A DNA stretch of 64,000 nt from an uncultured virus (IMG/VR IMGVR_UViG_2061766007_000502) (IMGVR_UViG_2061766007_000502), one strand, 5' to 3'. Shown: positions 33,427-46,322, numbered from the stretch's first letter. Program-made: numbers and translations. Notes: generated by a model not told the origin, from the sequence alone.

Positions 33427-35226
33427 TTAAACTTTAGTGAAAAGATATGTCTTGAGGAAAGATACTTCATCTTCCAAAGCAGTAATCTTATCACTTAACA
33501 CTTTGTTTTCATTTTCCAAAGTAGCGATTTTGAGAGAAAGTGCTGCATTATAGTCAACTCTCTTCAAACCGTTATTGTCAGTAGAGACTAACTCATTGAA
33601 ACCTGCTTCTTCAAGTTCCTGAGCAATGAAACCGTAACTTTTAGCACCAGTGTCTTTCCAGTTAAACTCCTTAACTGTCGGCATCTTTGATTGAGTGCAT
33701 ATGGTAATGTTATCTTTAAGTCGTTCATCAGATTCAGCAAAATACTGTTTAGCATAAATCTGATTCTGACTAACACGCACACCAGTTTTGTATATTGTTC
33801 CACTATGAGTACCTGTACTTGAGTTTATACTATCGACTTGCTTATCTGTAATACATAACAAAAATTTGTCTTCTGGTTCGTTTTCTGCGTCTTTTACTGA
33901 CAATGTTGTCTTGTTTATATATGTGTCATCATGAATATTAACCAATTCAAAATTAGTACCACCAATGACAGACTGATTATTGATTGAACATAAACGAATA
34001 TTTTCTTCTGATGTTGTATCATCAATATTATAGTTCGGATCATAAAGTAGTGATTTTGAAATTAATGCACCATCAGGACCGGAAGATATAAATTTGAATC
34101 TAACTGGTGGTGTTTGTGTATTATTCAGTATTTCTTTCTTTATGAGATTGCCATCTGCTTTTGTATAAAATTCCAATGCACGAATATATACAGAAACATC
34201 ATTAATATAAACATTATCGGTTCTTGGATCAATAGTGAAATCATTCTTTACAGTATTAATATCGGAAATGAACTTAATACTTGGTACCTTAACCCATTTC
34301 AATTTAGTTTTGCCTTGCGATGAATCAGCAGTCAAGAAAGTAAACACGCTTGTGTCAATGCCGGCAGTACTAGGATCCTGTAACTCAGCATCATATAACT
34401 TGATTCCATAATTATCAGAAGCATCAATACTCAAATTGGTAGCATACAAATACATAGAACCGAGACTGCTTGAAATAACCAATTGATCCTTACCTACTAT
34501 GCTGACAAAAGATGAATCATAATATATAGCAGATGAGTCATAAACAATCTTATTAGTGGCATTGACAGAAACATCCATAGTATTTACAAATACCGTCTGT
34601 GGCGCATTGATGTCAATTTGATTGGTAGCATTGACTTCAATCTTTGAAGAAGATATGGACACTGAACCGTTTGATGCATTGAGTGAGCCGTCTTTTCCGA
34701 ACAAACCGTTGTTATATCCGAATTTTATACCACATCCTTCATCTTTAACAGAATATAACTGCAATGAATCTGCATGTGGATTTATACGATTAACAGAACC
34801 GATAATAATAGATGAATCTGCATATCTGGTACCGTCCAGTTTTAAATAGTCTAATGCTGATTCATGCTTTCCATTGGAAGTTGTTAAATATGTATTATTA
34901 AAACTTTCTTTAATTGCATTAGCAATATTAGTGCCCAATGTATATGTTCCGGTATTTAACTGATATATCGAACCACCAGTTCCGGTAGCCATAGTCACAT
35001 ATGTATAAGGAACTGTAATATCTTGGATGTTAGTGTTGTCATTAGGTGCATTCACGCGCTGGTTCAGAATCATATTCTCTCCAGCCACGACAACCCTATT
35101 CCTGATTGACATTCTGTATGTCGTATTGTTTTGTGTCTATTCAAAATAAAGTGAATCCACACAAACTGCCGGAGATACGTTATTGTTGTTAGCATCAAGC
35201 AATTGCAATGTTTTTGCTGTTCTCAT
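33427..35226 (-). CDS. Tail spike/fibre with C-terminal S74 intramolecular chaperone
   Basis: SDERLKDNI...FNWKD...YGFIAQELE...VDY plus coiled coil; start extended to ATG 35226 through one TAG; GATAAATA at 35258-35265. Confidence 0.85.
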
Positions 35227-35333
35227 AAATTAAAAAATATTCCGAAATAATTTTTTGTATTTATCTTTATATAAGAGCAAAAATATAGAAAATAGTGAAT
35301 AAATACAATATAAAATTTTAATCATAAAGTATT

Positions 35334-35991
35334 TTGAGCAATCATAACATTTATATTGGGTTTGACTTTTCCATGAACNNNNNNNNNNNNNNNNNNNATA
35401 TATTTCTATTTCTGGCCGCTGAAACTACCAAAAAAAGTAATGGAAAAATATGTAAATTGCGGAGTGAATGTAAAGTCTCGCGGACTTGAGTCGATAGACA
35501 CGAAGCATACTGATAATACACAGCTTGTGCTTATACATACGATACGTTCCACCGAACTTGCTAATTTAATCATATCCGATATAGACGAGTTTATCTCTAA
35601 ACATATACCAGATAATGATTATGACCTGTATGTTTGCTCTGAGGGTTTATCATTCTCGTCAAAGGGTGATGCTACGTTGAATCTTGCTACATATAAGGGA
35701 GTTCTGCTATCAAAGATATATGAGCATTATTCTGATAAACTGAAGAGATTGTTCACTTACTCTCCGAATACTTTGAAGTCTGTCGCAGGCTGTGCTACTG
35801 CAGAATACAGGAGCAAGAAAGAGAATATGATAAAGTCTTTCATGAGAGAACCGCTTAACTCTCCGTTCAAAAACGGACTCATTGACGGCACTTTAGTCGC
35901 ATAGACTAATTTCATAACTGGTGTGGATGATATAGTAGATTCTTACTGGGCATTGAAAACTATGATTAAGAGAGAAAAACTAAGTTATTGA
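35334..35991 (+). CDS. RuvC-like Holliday junction resolvase
   Basis: YIGFDFSMN, SEGLSF, SPNTLK, KENMI, and (after TAG 35902) VDDIVDSYW; one N gap. Confidence 0.8.
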
Positions 35992-35998
35992 TTTTGTA

Positions 35999-38194
35999 AT
36001 GGCAAGTGTGATACAGGTAGATCTCGGTTCCGGTGTCGATGAAGCAAAGGCAGCATTTGGCAAGATGTCGTCTTTTGCCGTCGGTGATGCCGGTAAGCAG
36101 ATTGCTGACTCTGTTTTGAAAAGAGGTGCGGAAACTGCAAAGGCTGAGATTGAAATGGTTATCACACAGATAGAGAGTCAGGTTCAGCAGGTCCTTGACA
36201 AGAGTGTGTCCGAACTATATACATCTCTTGGGATTAATAAGGAAACCATGGAATTTGCCAAGAGAATAGTGCAGATGGGAAAGAATGCAACCGGTTTTGC
36301 CGGTGCGTCTGTGTTGAAGGGAATACTTGCTATCAATAATTTCGATACTTACAGCATACCTATGTCAAGTCTTGCCGCAGGATTACAGGCAATCAGTAGT
36401 TTTGCAGACAAATTCTTTCAGAAATTCATAGAAGCATACGGTTCGTATATAGACAATGTGGCAGAGTATATCGTCAATCCCGGTTCAGCACTTGAATTAC
36501 TGAAAGATGCAATGGATGTCATGCTCCAGAAACTCCTTGATATGGTTGATGAACAGTTGTACAAATATCTCGGATTGTCTATGGCTCAACTCAAGTACTA
36601 TACGAGAAAGGGTTGGAACATCTATATGCAGTACAAGGCTGCTAAGAAAGCAGTCCGTGATGGAAAAGACACGGAAGACACTCAAGAGGGTATCAATGTC
36701 ACAGGCACTTCCGTAAAGACCAACATCAAACCGTATATCAATCCGGTTCTGTTGAGAGAGTAGTTGATGTTATGGCTTGCTTCATAGCGAGACTCTCTTT
36801 ATAACGGATTCATGGTTCTTTAGGTTATTGATGCAGTCAATTCTATAAAGGGTATGATAAAGTGCATGACTGATGTCAATCTTGATACTCTTGCAGACTC
36901 GATGAACTCTCTTGACGACTTAATGTAGTTGCTTGATGATTTGGGTGTCAGTGATAATTCAACAGCAGTTGATTTGTCATTGATTCCGTCACTCAATATC
37001 AATGACATATATGCTTCATTGAACAGTCTGACTAATACACAGAATACTATTGATGAATTGCAGACACTTGGAGGAGCATTTGCGAGAAGTGCTGATTTTG
37101 AAGGATATGTAAGTACACAGAAGCAATATAAAATAACAACTGATGCAGATAAAAAAGTCATTACATTGGACTTTTATACGAATCCGACAGCACAAAGTGT
37201 GTCTAAGAAAATATATAAGGTATTGACAGAAGCAAAGAATGCAGACGGCAAGTCATTGTTCACTATGAGTGAGTGTTCTTCAATACAGCTTGCCATAAAG
37301 AAGAGTTATGATGCCGGATAGAAACAGACAACACTGAAAGCTGGTATATATGAAATAAAAATCAACTTGAATATACAGCAGACAAAGGACAATCTGTATG
37401 ATAGCAAAGATAATAATGAGCATACAGACAAGAAAGTGTTCTCGCTTGCAGTCGTAAATGAAGAAATGCTATCAAAAGAAGAAGTCGATAAAAGACGCAA
37501 TGAGACGAGAAGGAACACGATAGCATTGCTTCATTCTCTGTATAGCATACTGAAAGCACTTTGGCCTCAGTTGAAGCAATTTGCTACGCTTACTGAATGG
37601 TACAGGAAAAACAAAGCATATGCAAGAAGCAAGTCAAAGGAGAATCTATTCCAGATATATGCAGAAGTGATGAAGAAACTCGGATTCAGTAAGGAGATTA
37701 AGTTCGGAAAAAGCATATCCGACAGTTACACGATAGAAGACTATATGTATGAACTTCCGTATTGCATATATACAGTAAGAACACTCGCTCTTTATAATTT
37801 TCTCAAAAACAGTATATATCTGATTGATGGGAATAGTTCTACATATGATGTGGATGTTCGCTATGCAAAGGTCATCAATGACTGGCTTGATATCAATGAC
37901 AGAGGTTCCATACATGCAGACGGTTCAAAGGGAAAACTTGTTCTCTTTGTTGACTATGCTGCAATAAGTATTGAATAGAGATGTATAGAATTGAAGAAAC
38001 AGCAGTATGAGAAAGCATTGAATGCTGAACTCTCTGAAAGTCTCATAAAATGTAACAGCAAGTACAGGAACGGGACTTTCAACAACATAGAGAATATGGA
38101 GCTTGTCGGAAACAGGTTGTTGTACTCAGACAGGAATCTTCCAAGAAACGGCAGTCAGATTATGATGGCACAAATGAGAGGTTTTGATTATTAA
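35999..38194 (+). CDS. Large hypothetical protein (~730 aa)
   Basis: Four track ORFs in one frame joined by TAGs; TAA at 38194. Confidence 0.75.
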
Positions 38195-38216
38195 AAATTA
38201 AGATTTAGAAAAATCA

Positions 38217-40844
38217 GTGGCAGGATACTCAGAAGAAAATCTGGAATATTTGAAGCAACTTATAGTTCAGGCAATCACATTCCGCTCAGATGAATGGGAG
38301 GGAATGCAGACTGCCGATATACCAAATATATGTGATCCAGACTATATTGACACAGAAGAACCGGAATTGTCCGCAGATGACATAGACTCGTTGTTTCATT
38401 TCAATGATTCTGACATCTTTCCGGGAAATGATTCAGGGGATATACCGACAGATGGGGATTCTGCCGAAACACCGAACGAAGAACGTAATGATTTCCTGAA
38501 AGATGAGAAACCGACTGATGATTCACTGAAAGTCCCTGGAGCAGATTCAGCCGGTCTCGGCAACAACAATGACAACAAAAAGAATGAAATTGCATCTGGA
38601 AACAAGCCGGGAAAACAACCGAAAGACTACAACAAGAATATTCCGGATTCCGCTAATATGGATGCAATCGTTTCTGCAATACTTGATGACAAGAATCCAT
38701 CCGGTCTCAACCATGCAATTATAGAGTTCGCAACACCATCACTGCAAGACGAAAAAGGTGTCGATTACAAACTATATGTTAAGCCTGGACAGTCTCTTAC
38801 ATCAGACACTATAATCGGAACGGTGACTATCAATGGGAAGTCGAAGGAAATTCGTTCTATTTTTGATAGCGGTGTTGTTCTTGCCAATGAAAGCGGTACT
38901 GATTTCAAGCATGTGTATGAGTCAGCCGGAGCAAACAGGCATATCATAATAGAGGACTATAATATTTGCGGAGAAGCGCCGGAAGTGAATCTTGAAGCGA
39001 TAGAGGCAATTTAGGATATGTATCTCCATGAAGCATATTTGAACCAGTTCATATCCGACAATTTGTGTGATTCCCTGCTCCCGTGGATATTGCTAAGAAG
39101 ACATACAGGTTACAAATATACTGGTATAATACGTAAAGAGAGACAAAATGGTCGTGAGATATTCCATGATTTTATGGAGTATATCGAAAAAATCCGCAAA
39201 TAGTATCTTGAGGATATGAAAGGACGCGGTACTGAAGAAAGTCTCAGGAAGACCAACGGCAATATAAGGAAGATTAATGCAATAGGATATTCCATTATAG
39301 ACCGTAGGAAGAAATACATATCCGATTTAGTGTACGCATATAGGGAATATAGGGAAACCTTGCCTAATGCGGAGTTCGATCCGAAATACAGTGACTGTAA
39401 GTTCCTTGCATATGTGCATAAGATAGATTACAGAAGCCATGAGACATCTACTGTATTGGGAGAGACTGACTATAACAACTATTATATGGCATTGCTTGCT
39501 AAGATTGATATCAGTGACACACAGAATCCGTTTGCTAAAGAATACTATGAAATATTGAAGAATATCATAGAAATCAGAATGACTCGTGAGAAATATGATT
39601 TGGATGTCATAAAGAAAGAGTTCAATGATATGTTCAAGGAACTTGTCAACAAATCATATAAGAATGCTTTTGAAGAACTTGACAGAGCGATGAAACTCAA
39701 GAAAGAAGATATTACGGTCAGTGATGTAGTCTCTTGGCTTTCTGCTCATCAGTCCTCATCAAAGAAAGGTAATGCGGCATCATGGCTTTCTGAGGAACAG
39801 GCTGGAAGTTATGTGTCTAATGACATTAAGCAGCTTGCTAATATATATATGTTCATATGGAACTATAAGCCGTATAAAGTCGAGACTGTTAAAGTATGGA
39901 ACAACAAAGCAAGGAGATATGAAGAGAAAGACAAAGACGGTATTGAGAGTATATTTGATTTGGTTAGGCAAGAAGAGATGAAACTGTCTGCTTTCTGGAA
40001 CAAGCTTATTGCTGAATGGGAGACGACCGATCTCAATGATATAATAAAGAAGACTAAAGAACTCGGTGATAACGTCAACAAGTATGCCACATGGCCGACA
40101 AGTTCTTCTATATACATAGGCAGTGCTGTTTATGAACATTTCTTGTTTCAGAACAATGTTGAGGTGGAAGGAGAAGAACCGGATGAGGACTTGGGTATGG
40201 ACTATGAGACTACCGAACCTGTGCAGCCGACTGATTTAGATATTCCGGATTATACTCAGGACGATCTCAATTTCAATGACAGGGATCCACAGGATGGAGA
40301 ACCTTCACCGATTGACTTCAAATACTGGCAGAGATATTTCGGACTTGCCACTATCATAAGCATACCTTATCTCAACTGCGGACTTGACATACTTCCGTTT
40401 ATTCAACTCATTCCGCTTCCGTGTATATTCATCTGTATCACATCGATATACATAAAGATATTCGATATTACTATTGTAATAGGCATCTCTATACGAGGAA
40501 TGTATATCTGGCCTGTCATATTGTTCGTCAATCTGTCTAATCAGTATGCAAGTATCCTGACACCGCTGATCGCTCAGTTGAAGAATATTCAGGCTAAGAT
40601 TCAGGCAAAACTCGACGCTATGCTTGAGAAGCCTGTCAATTCACTTGCCAACAGCTACATCAATATGCTTGAGAATGACAATCGCAGAATGAGACGTGAG
40701 AATATAGAATTGAAGAATTTTCAGGCTCAGATTAAAACAAAGAAAGTCAGGAATCAAGATAAGATAAGACGTGATATTAATAAGATATACAATCCGAATG
40801 GTAACAACAGACAGCATATAATTAACCCGTTGGAAGAAAATTAA
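38217..40844 (+). CDS. Large protein (~875 aa) with C-terminal hydrophobic segments and coiled coil
   Basis: Three ORFs joined by TAG 39012 and TAG 39201; hydrophobic stretch FGLATIISIP...VILFVNL. Confidence 0.75.
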
Positions 40845-40856
40845 AAGTGATTTGTT

Positions 40857-41552
40857 ATGGATTTCAAATTCATAGAAGAATGTAAGAAGAATGCATAGAA
40901 CGGATGGGATAAGCAAGAGAGTGCCGCATATGAATCCATTATACAGTTCCTGTTCAGGCTGAAATTGTACGGAAAGGAGAAAGCAAGGCAGATTGATGAA
41001 TATGATGGAGAGAGTATGTTCAGGAACACGACACTTTATCCGGGGAGCATATATGCTTTCATCTATAATAGTGACACTCCGAGTACATTTAATGACGGAA
41101 GAATTAAGTTCGTGTATTCTGATACTTTGCCTATAGTCCTTGTTACTCATATAGAAGCCGGTAAAGTCAGGGGAATAAATCTCAACTTATGCAGTTATGG
41201 TCTGAGAGCATATATAATAAATGCATTGCATAATCTGGATTTATAGTTCTATGAAAGAGGCAACCTTGAAATGGTAAACAACAAGAGAATGCCTATATCT
41301 AATAATGTAGCGAAGATATTCCTGAATCAAGATACGGAAAAAGCATTTTTCGAACATATAAAGAATGCATGCAAATTGGAACATACTGAAATACTGTACA
41401 GGACTTATGCAGTAAGGAATATCAAGTATATCCGTATGATTGAGATATGGCAGCATAAATACATCCCGTTCCTGACATACAATGGAGAGATGAAAAAAGA
41501 CATACTTGAACTTATTCATAAAGTGACAGGTACTGATAAAGTGCATATATGA
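40857..41552 (+). CDS. DNA end-protector protein, T4 gp2-like
   Basis: PGSIYAFIY...DTLPIVLV...GINLNL...R...RTY resembles gp2; two TAGs. Confidence 0.6.
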
Positions 41553-41564
41553 TAAATAATTAAA

Positions 41565-42758
41565 ATGGGTAAGACTTTACTGATGAAACATTATCAACAT
41601 AATGTATTGGAAAATAGAAGACAGTATATCATAGAATGTTATGGTCTTCAGGAAATGATGTCATATGATTTTAATAAAATCGAATTGTATGAAAGCATAT
41701 TCGGTAATAAGAAAGACATCAATAAATTGAAGAGAGATTATAACATTCTCAGAAAAGCAATTCCGGATCTTATATACAGACTTGTCAAAATTGGGAAAAA
41801 AGCAGTAGTTGATCTTGTTGTTTCAACAGCAAAGAAAGCAATGGAGCATGGTCGGGACAATATTGAAGCACTGCGATATACATTCTATGCACTATTGTTT
41901 TTTGCAATCGGTTATACTGGAAATTCACTCAAAGATAAGTATAATGAACAACCTATTATACAGGGTACACATATTGAGACGACTATCGTAGATGGGAATG
42001 ACACTATTGTAGTATATGCGGATGACGACACGACCACTGTAATCATGCAACCAGACAAGAGCAAAGCTCCTGTTATGAGTGTAAGCAAACCGAAGGGAGA
42101 ACTCACAAGTTATAATGATGAATCACCGATTAGACTGCTCAAGACCAATGAGACAAAGACACGCTACTATCATGCTTCTGATGATATGCTTTCTGCACTT
42201 GCCGATGTAGAGCATTTTGTCGATCATATCTATGATACTGCAAACAGGAACCGCAAAATCACTAAACGTGATATGTTGAATCCAAAGGTGGATTTGACAA
42301 TAGGTTATGGTCATAAGTTAACTAAAGAAGAACGTCAGAAATGGAACATCAATAAGAAAGTCACTAAAGCAGATGCATATGAAATGTTCAAGGATGATGT
42401 TGCTAAACAAGAACGGATAATGAACATAAAACTGTCTCAACTTCCGTATGATGATAGAGTGGAATATTCACAGGGAATGATAGATGGACTGTTATCAATG
42501 CAGTTCAACATAGGAGCCGGAAATCTTTACGGTTCCAATACAAAACAGCCGAGTGAATTCTGGAAACGTATGTGTAATTGCAGAATAGACAGGAAGCATG
42601 GCTGTATCAACAAGAGTGACATTGAATATAGTCTTGCATAGATAAACAGTCAGAATGTATTTATGAAAGGTCATAAGACAAGAAGACGTGCTGAATATTT
42701 CATTGCAATGCAACCATTCGGCAAAGTAAACAGTGAATTATACAATCTTAAAGATTGA
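41565..42758 (+). CDS. GH24 (T4-type) lysozyme with long N-terminal extension and one TM helix
   Basis: E...YD...LTIGYGH, DGLLSMQFNIG, and GHKTRRRAE after TAG 42639; GATAAATA at 41551. Confidence 0.85.
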
Positions 42759-42770
42759 TTTTTATATATT

Positions 42771-43392
42771 ATGTTTTTAGCAACTCACAATACCATGTCT
42801 TATCTGCCGCCGAAACAGTGGTACTTGAGACCGTTTGCATTCTTGGCAAGATGTCAGAATATCTCATATCAGGAACAATATGAAAGCGGTGCCAGAGGTT
42901 TTGATTTGAGATTGTATTGGGATGAAGATGGCACTCTGAACTTTAAGCACGGCTTTTTCAAATACAGCGGTTCGGAGATTTCTGATGTATTGGATTTCGC
43001 AAACAGCCATTATATGGTAGNNNNNNNNNNNNNNNNGGGGAAAATACATAAGCAATAATCCAAAAACATATAGTAAACATATGTTTTAGTCTGGTATGTT
43101 TTATAATTTTTGTGAGAAAATAGAAGCACAATATCCTAATATCAAATTTTATGGCGGTAAGACAACTGGTGACTGGACATTGATATATAATTTCTGTAAT
43201 GAGATAAAACAGATTGATATGTATAGTTCAACCACTTCATTCTTCAAATCCGATAATTATTTTTTGAGAATCATTGATGATTGGTTGCCTTGGCTGTATG
43301 CAATATTACATAACAAAAGTAATATTAAGAAATGCATCAATAATGGAAATACAGACGGTTATTTGATGATTGATTTTATTGATATACAATAA
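42771..43392 (+). CDS. PI-PLC X-box-like phosphodiesterase
   Basis: ATHNTMSY...RCQ....EQY..GARGFDLR...HG; one N gap and one TAG. Confidence 0.75.
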
Positions 43393-43455
43393 TTTACTTT
43401 AATTGTTAAAATATGTTATATATCAAATGATATTTGAAATTATTTTGAATTAAAT

Positions 43456-43486
43456 TTTGTTATTTGGAAATAAATGTTTATTTTTG
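43456..43486 (+). promoter_or_regulatory. Bacteroidetes-type host promoter (TTTG-19 nt-TAnnTTTG)
   Basis: TTTG at 43456-43459 and TATTTTTG at 43479-43486. Confidence 0.7.
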
Positions 43487-43508
43487 CAACATAAAATATA
43501 AATCAACT

Positions 43509-44579
43509 ATGAAAAAGATTATAGAACAATATATTAGTGTTGCTTCCAGTGCTCCATGTCTTGTATATGAGAACACTGTGAAAGATTATGGGAAATACCG
43601 TATAGAAGTATATAAGAGAGATGAACCAGAAGATTTAGCATATATATCAAAGCATAAAAGAGAAATCAAGGCATTCTTTGATGCTGGTTATGAGCATTTT
43701 CTGAAAGACAAGTTCTATAGTTGTCTTTATGCTAACTCTATCAAGGAGAATACTGCTATGCTGAAAATAGGAAGAGATGTAGCAACTGAAAAGATAGTTG
43801 CAATGACTATCTATTCTTCAAGATGGGGTGGAATGAAGTGTGTTGGTGGTACTAAACTTGTCACAGATGATATACGCCTAAAAGAACTTAGTTCTCGTGC
43901 TTGGCTTCAAATCACACAAGAAGATGTTAAATTGTGGGGAGAATGGGTATGGACTGAATGTTCTCAAGCAGTAGAAGTTGCATGGGAAAAACTTGGTGGC
44001 ATAAAGATACCTCATACATATCTTGATTTGTTTATGGATGAAGAAACTCTTGCCGATGTTATTCCAAATGAGAATGATCCATATAGATATTGCAGAAAAG
44101 TAGCAAAAGGACAACCTGAAGAAAAATATGTAGATAAAGTTATATTTGGTTTTCCTAATGCTAACGTTCTTAAAAAATATATTGCAGATAAAGATACTAC
44201 TCTTGAAGAATTATGTAAAAAATATAAAATAGATATAGACACTATTGTTCTTGAACGTTTTAATTATAAAGTTCTTCCAGAAAATACAATAAATGATTTG
44301 TCATTTCTTATGCAATATGAACAAATTTTCAATAATAATGTATTTGAAATGACTGAAAATGAAATCAATGTTTTATCTCAATGTATAATGAGAGTGTATA
44401 AAAATATGGAACACATATGGGATAAAATTATGTATGATGATCAATATCATAAATTTCATTCATTCATTGCTGGTATGATGGTGAACATTAACCGTTCAAA
44501 TATAATAAAAACAAGAAAATTTAATATTGATAAATTGGAACCAGAAATATATAGATTTCCTGCACATTATTGGATTTAA
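43509..44579 (+). CDS. Hypothetical protein (probably early; TAG-free)
   Basis: ATG 43509 after the host-type promoter; 356 codons. Confidence 0.8.
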   Translation: MKKIIEQYISVASSAPCLVYENTVKDYGKYRIEVYKRDEPEDLAYISKHKREIKAFFDAGYEHFLKDKFYSCLYANSIKENTAMLKIGRDVATEKIVAMTIYSSRWGGMKCVGGTKLVTDDIRLKELSSRAWLQITQEDVKLWGEWVWTECSQAVEVAWEKLGGIKIPHTYLDLFMDEETLADVIPNENDPYRYCRKVAKGQPEEKYVDKVIFGFPNANVLKKYIADKDTTLEELCKKYKIDIDTIVLERFNYKVLPENTINDLSFLMQYEQIFNNNVFEMTENEINVLSQCIMRVYKNMEHIWDKIMYDDQYHKFHSFIAGMMVNINRSNIIKTRKFNIDKLEPEIYRFPAHYWI

Positions 44580-44686
44580 AAAGAAATCAGAGAATCGTAT
44601 TGTTTCTCTGNNNNNNNNNNNNNNNNNNNNNNNNNNNNNNNNNNNNNNNNNNNTACTATTTTTGCAAATGAACAGTAAAAACTTAA

Positions 44687-44897
44687 GGCAACAATATACA
44701 TGTTGGCACACAAATAGTGATAATCATCTGAATAACAGTTTATTATAACATTTTTGTGATTAATGTAATAAATGTATATAAATGACTGATTTCTAAATTA
44801 TTACAGCACATTTGTGCCAACATGTATATCATTACCAAACTTAAAAATAACAAGAAATGAAAAAAAATTTGGTAACGATATACATGTTAGCACAGAT
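44687..44897. repeat. Three copies of a ~24-30-bp motif (direct and inverted)
   Basis: ATATACATGTTGGCACA 44694-44710 is a perfect inverted repeat of 44813-44829; 44810-44839 and 44868-44897 form a 30-bp inverted repeat with three mismatches. Confidence 0.8.
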
Positions 44898-45001
44898 TAT
44901 ACATTTTTGATACACAAAAAAACTACTTGTATGATTAAAAAACTCAAGCAAGCAGTTTTTCATATTCTGTCCATTAACCTGTTGTGGATTTCATTGTTAG
45001 A

Positions 45002-45263
45002 TTAACAACCATAACGGCCAGCGAGTTGGCCTATTTTTCTTAGACACTTTTCATCTTCAGCCCTACCGTCTTCTTCAAATGTCTAAACACGGTCAATCAC
45101 ACTCATTAATGCAGCCTTTGAGAAACCAGAAATTTCATCTTCATGATCAAGCAAATATTGAAGACGTCTTGTAAATGGATTGCCATTAGATTCATTAAGA
45201 TGTCGTTTTACAGTCTTAGCGACATCATTCATTATACTCTCATAAAGAGAGCGCTTTTCTGTA
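45002..45263 (-). CDS. Small protein with LYESIM..VAK.VK..LNE leader (start in gap)
   Basis: TEKRSLYESIMNDVAKTVKRHLNE; reads through TAG 45085 to TAA 45002. Confidence 0.7.
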
Positions 45264-45296
45264 NNNNNNNNNNNNNNNNNNNNNNNNNNNNNNNNN

Positions 45297-45688
45297 TTTA
45301 CAACAACAGCAATTTCATTCATAATACTCTCATAAAGTATTCTTGTCTATGACTATTGATTTTCTGCTTCATGCATGTTTCTATGATTTATAACTTCATA
45401 GACTCGAATAATATAATCAGAGTTTTTATCCTTCTCAACTTTATACTCAAAATACCAATCAATTTTCGTGCCCTTTCTTTTCCAAGTTGCTTCTTTGTAA
45501 CCTTTGTTTCTATGTTTCTATAAAATTGGGAGTTTACCATTATCTTGAATATTTTGTACTGCATCACATACTTCATCAACATTTTTCTACATTTGTTCTT
45601 CAGAATATGTGTTGCTATATTTTTGTAGAACATTATTATAAAATGTTGAAATTGACAAGAATGCTCTTTTATTGACAACAACTCTCAT
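45297..45688 (-). CDS. RelE/ParE-like toxin with C-terminal LYESIM motif (end in gap)
   Basis: Only its last codons appear in the track. With four TAG=Gln it reads MRVVVNKRAFLSISTFY...WYFEYKVE...IIRVYEVINH...; ATGA overlap with the upstream ORF. The fold call is by pattern only. Confidence 0.55.
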
Positions 45689-45846
45689 AACTTTGAATAA
45701 AAATCATGTATCTTTTTATGAAGAATATTTCTCATCTCTTCCACTGTCATCCATTCTGGACATGAATCCAATTGGTTTGATTGGAAATTTGTGTCAATCT
45801 CATTTAACCTCTGAGATTCTTGTTTTGTTGTATATCTCTTCATCAT
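45685..45846 (-). CDS. Putative antitoxin-like small protein
   Basis: MMKRYTTKQESQRLNEI...WMTVEEMRNIL...; translationally coupled to the toxin-like gene. Confidence 0.5.
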   Translation of the reverse strand: MMKRYTTKQESQRLNEIDTNFQSNQLDSCPEWMTVEEMRNILHKKIHDFYSKL

Positions 45847-46322
45847 ATTNNNNNNNNNNNNNNNNNNNNNNNGTCGTTTTATTTGAACTGATAACACTTA
45901 TATTATATTTATTCAGTTTATTTAAGTATTATGCTAATCATCCTCACATTTTTTAGGATTCAATTTATATAAATANNNNNNNNNNNNNNNNNNNNNNNNN
46001 NNNNTACAAATGCTGACAGCCTTTGCAAACATATTATTGAAGCGATATGACTCAGACATCTTTCTTGTGTTCCAGCGGAACACTTCCTCATCAATATATC
46101 TCTGCAAGTGCTTCTTTGATATATAGTGATAAGCAAAGAATATAAGGAACAGAGTGCTCGTAACCGTGTTACGAGAATTGCTCTTAAAACAATTGGATAA
46201 TGGTGCTTTTAAGCCTAAGAAACTTAAACGTGAAAATGTGAAGGAAGTATTGTTATCGTTTCGAAGAAGCCTACAAAATGTAGGAAGTGAATGTACAGAA
46301 AGTAGTGTGACTACTTTTGACT

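Noticed and set aside
45388..45681. 97-aa minus-strand ORF in the track
   Set aside because: Wrong frame; the ATGA-coupled frame from 45688 gives a coherent protein with TAG=Gln.
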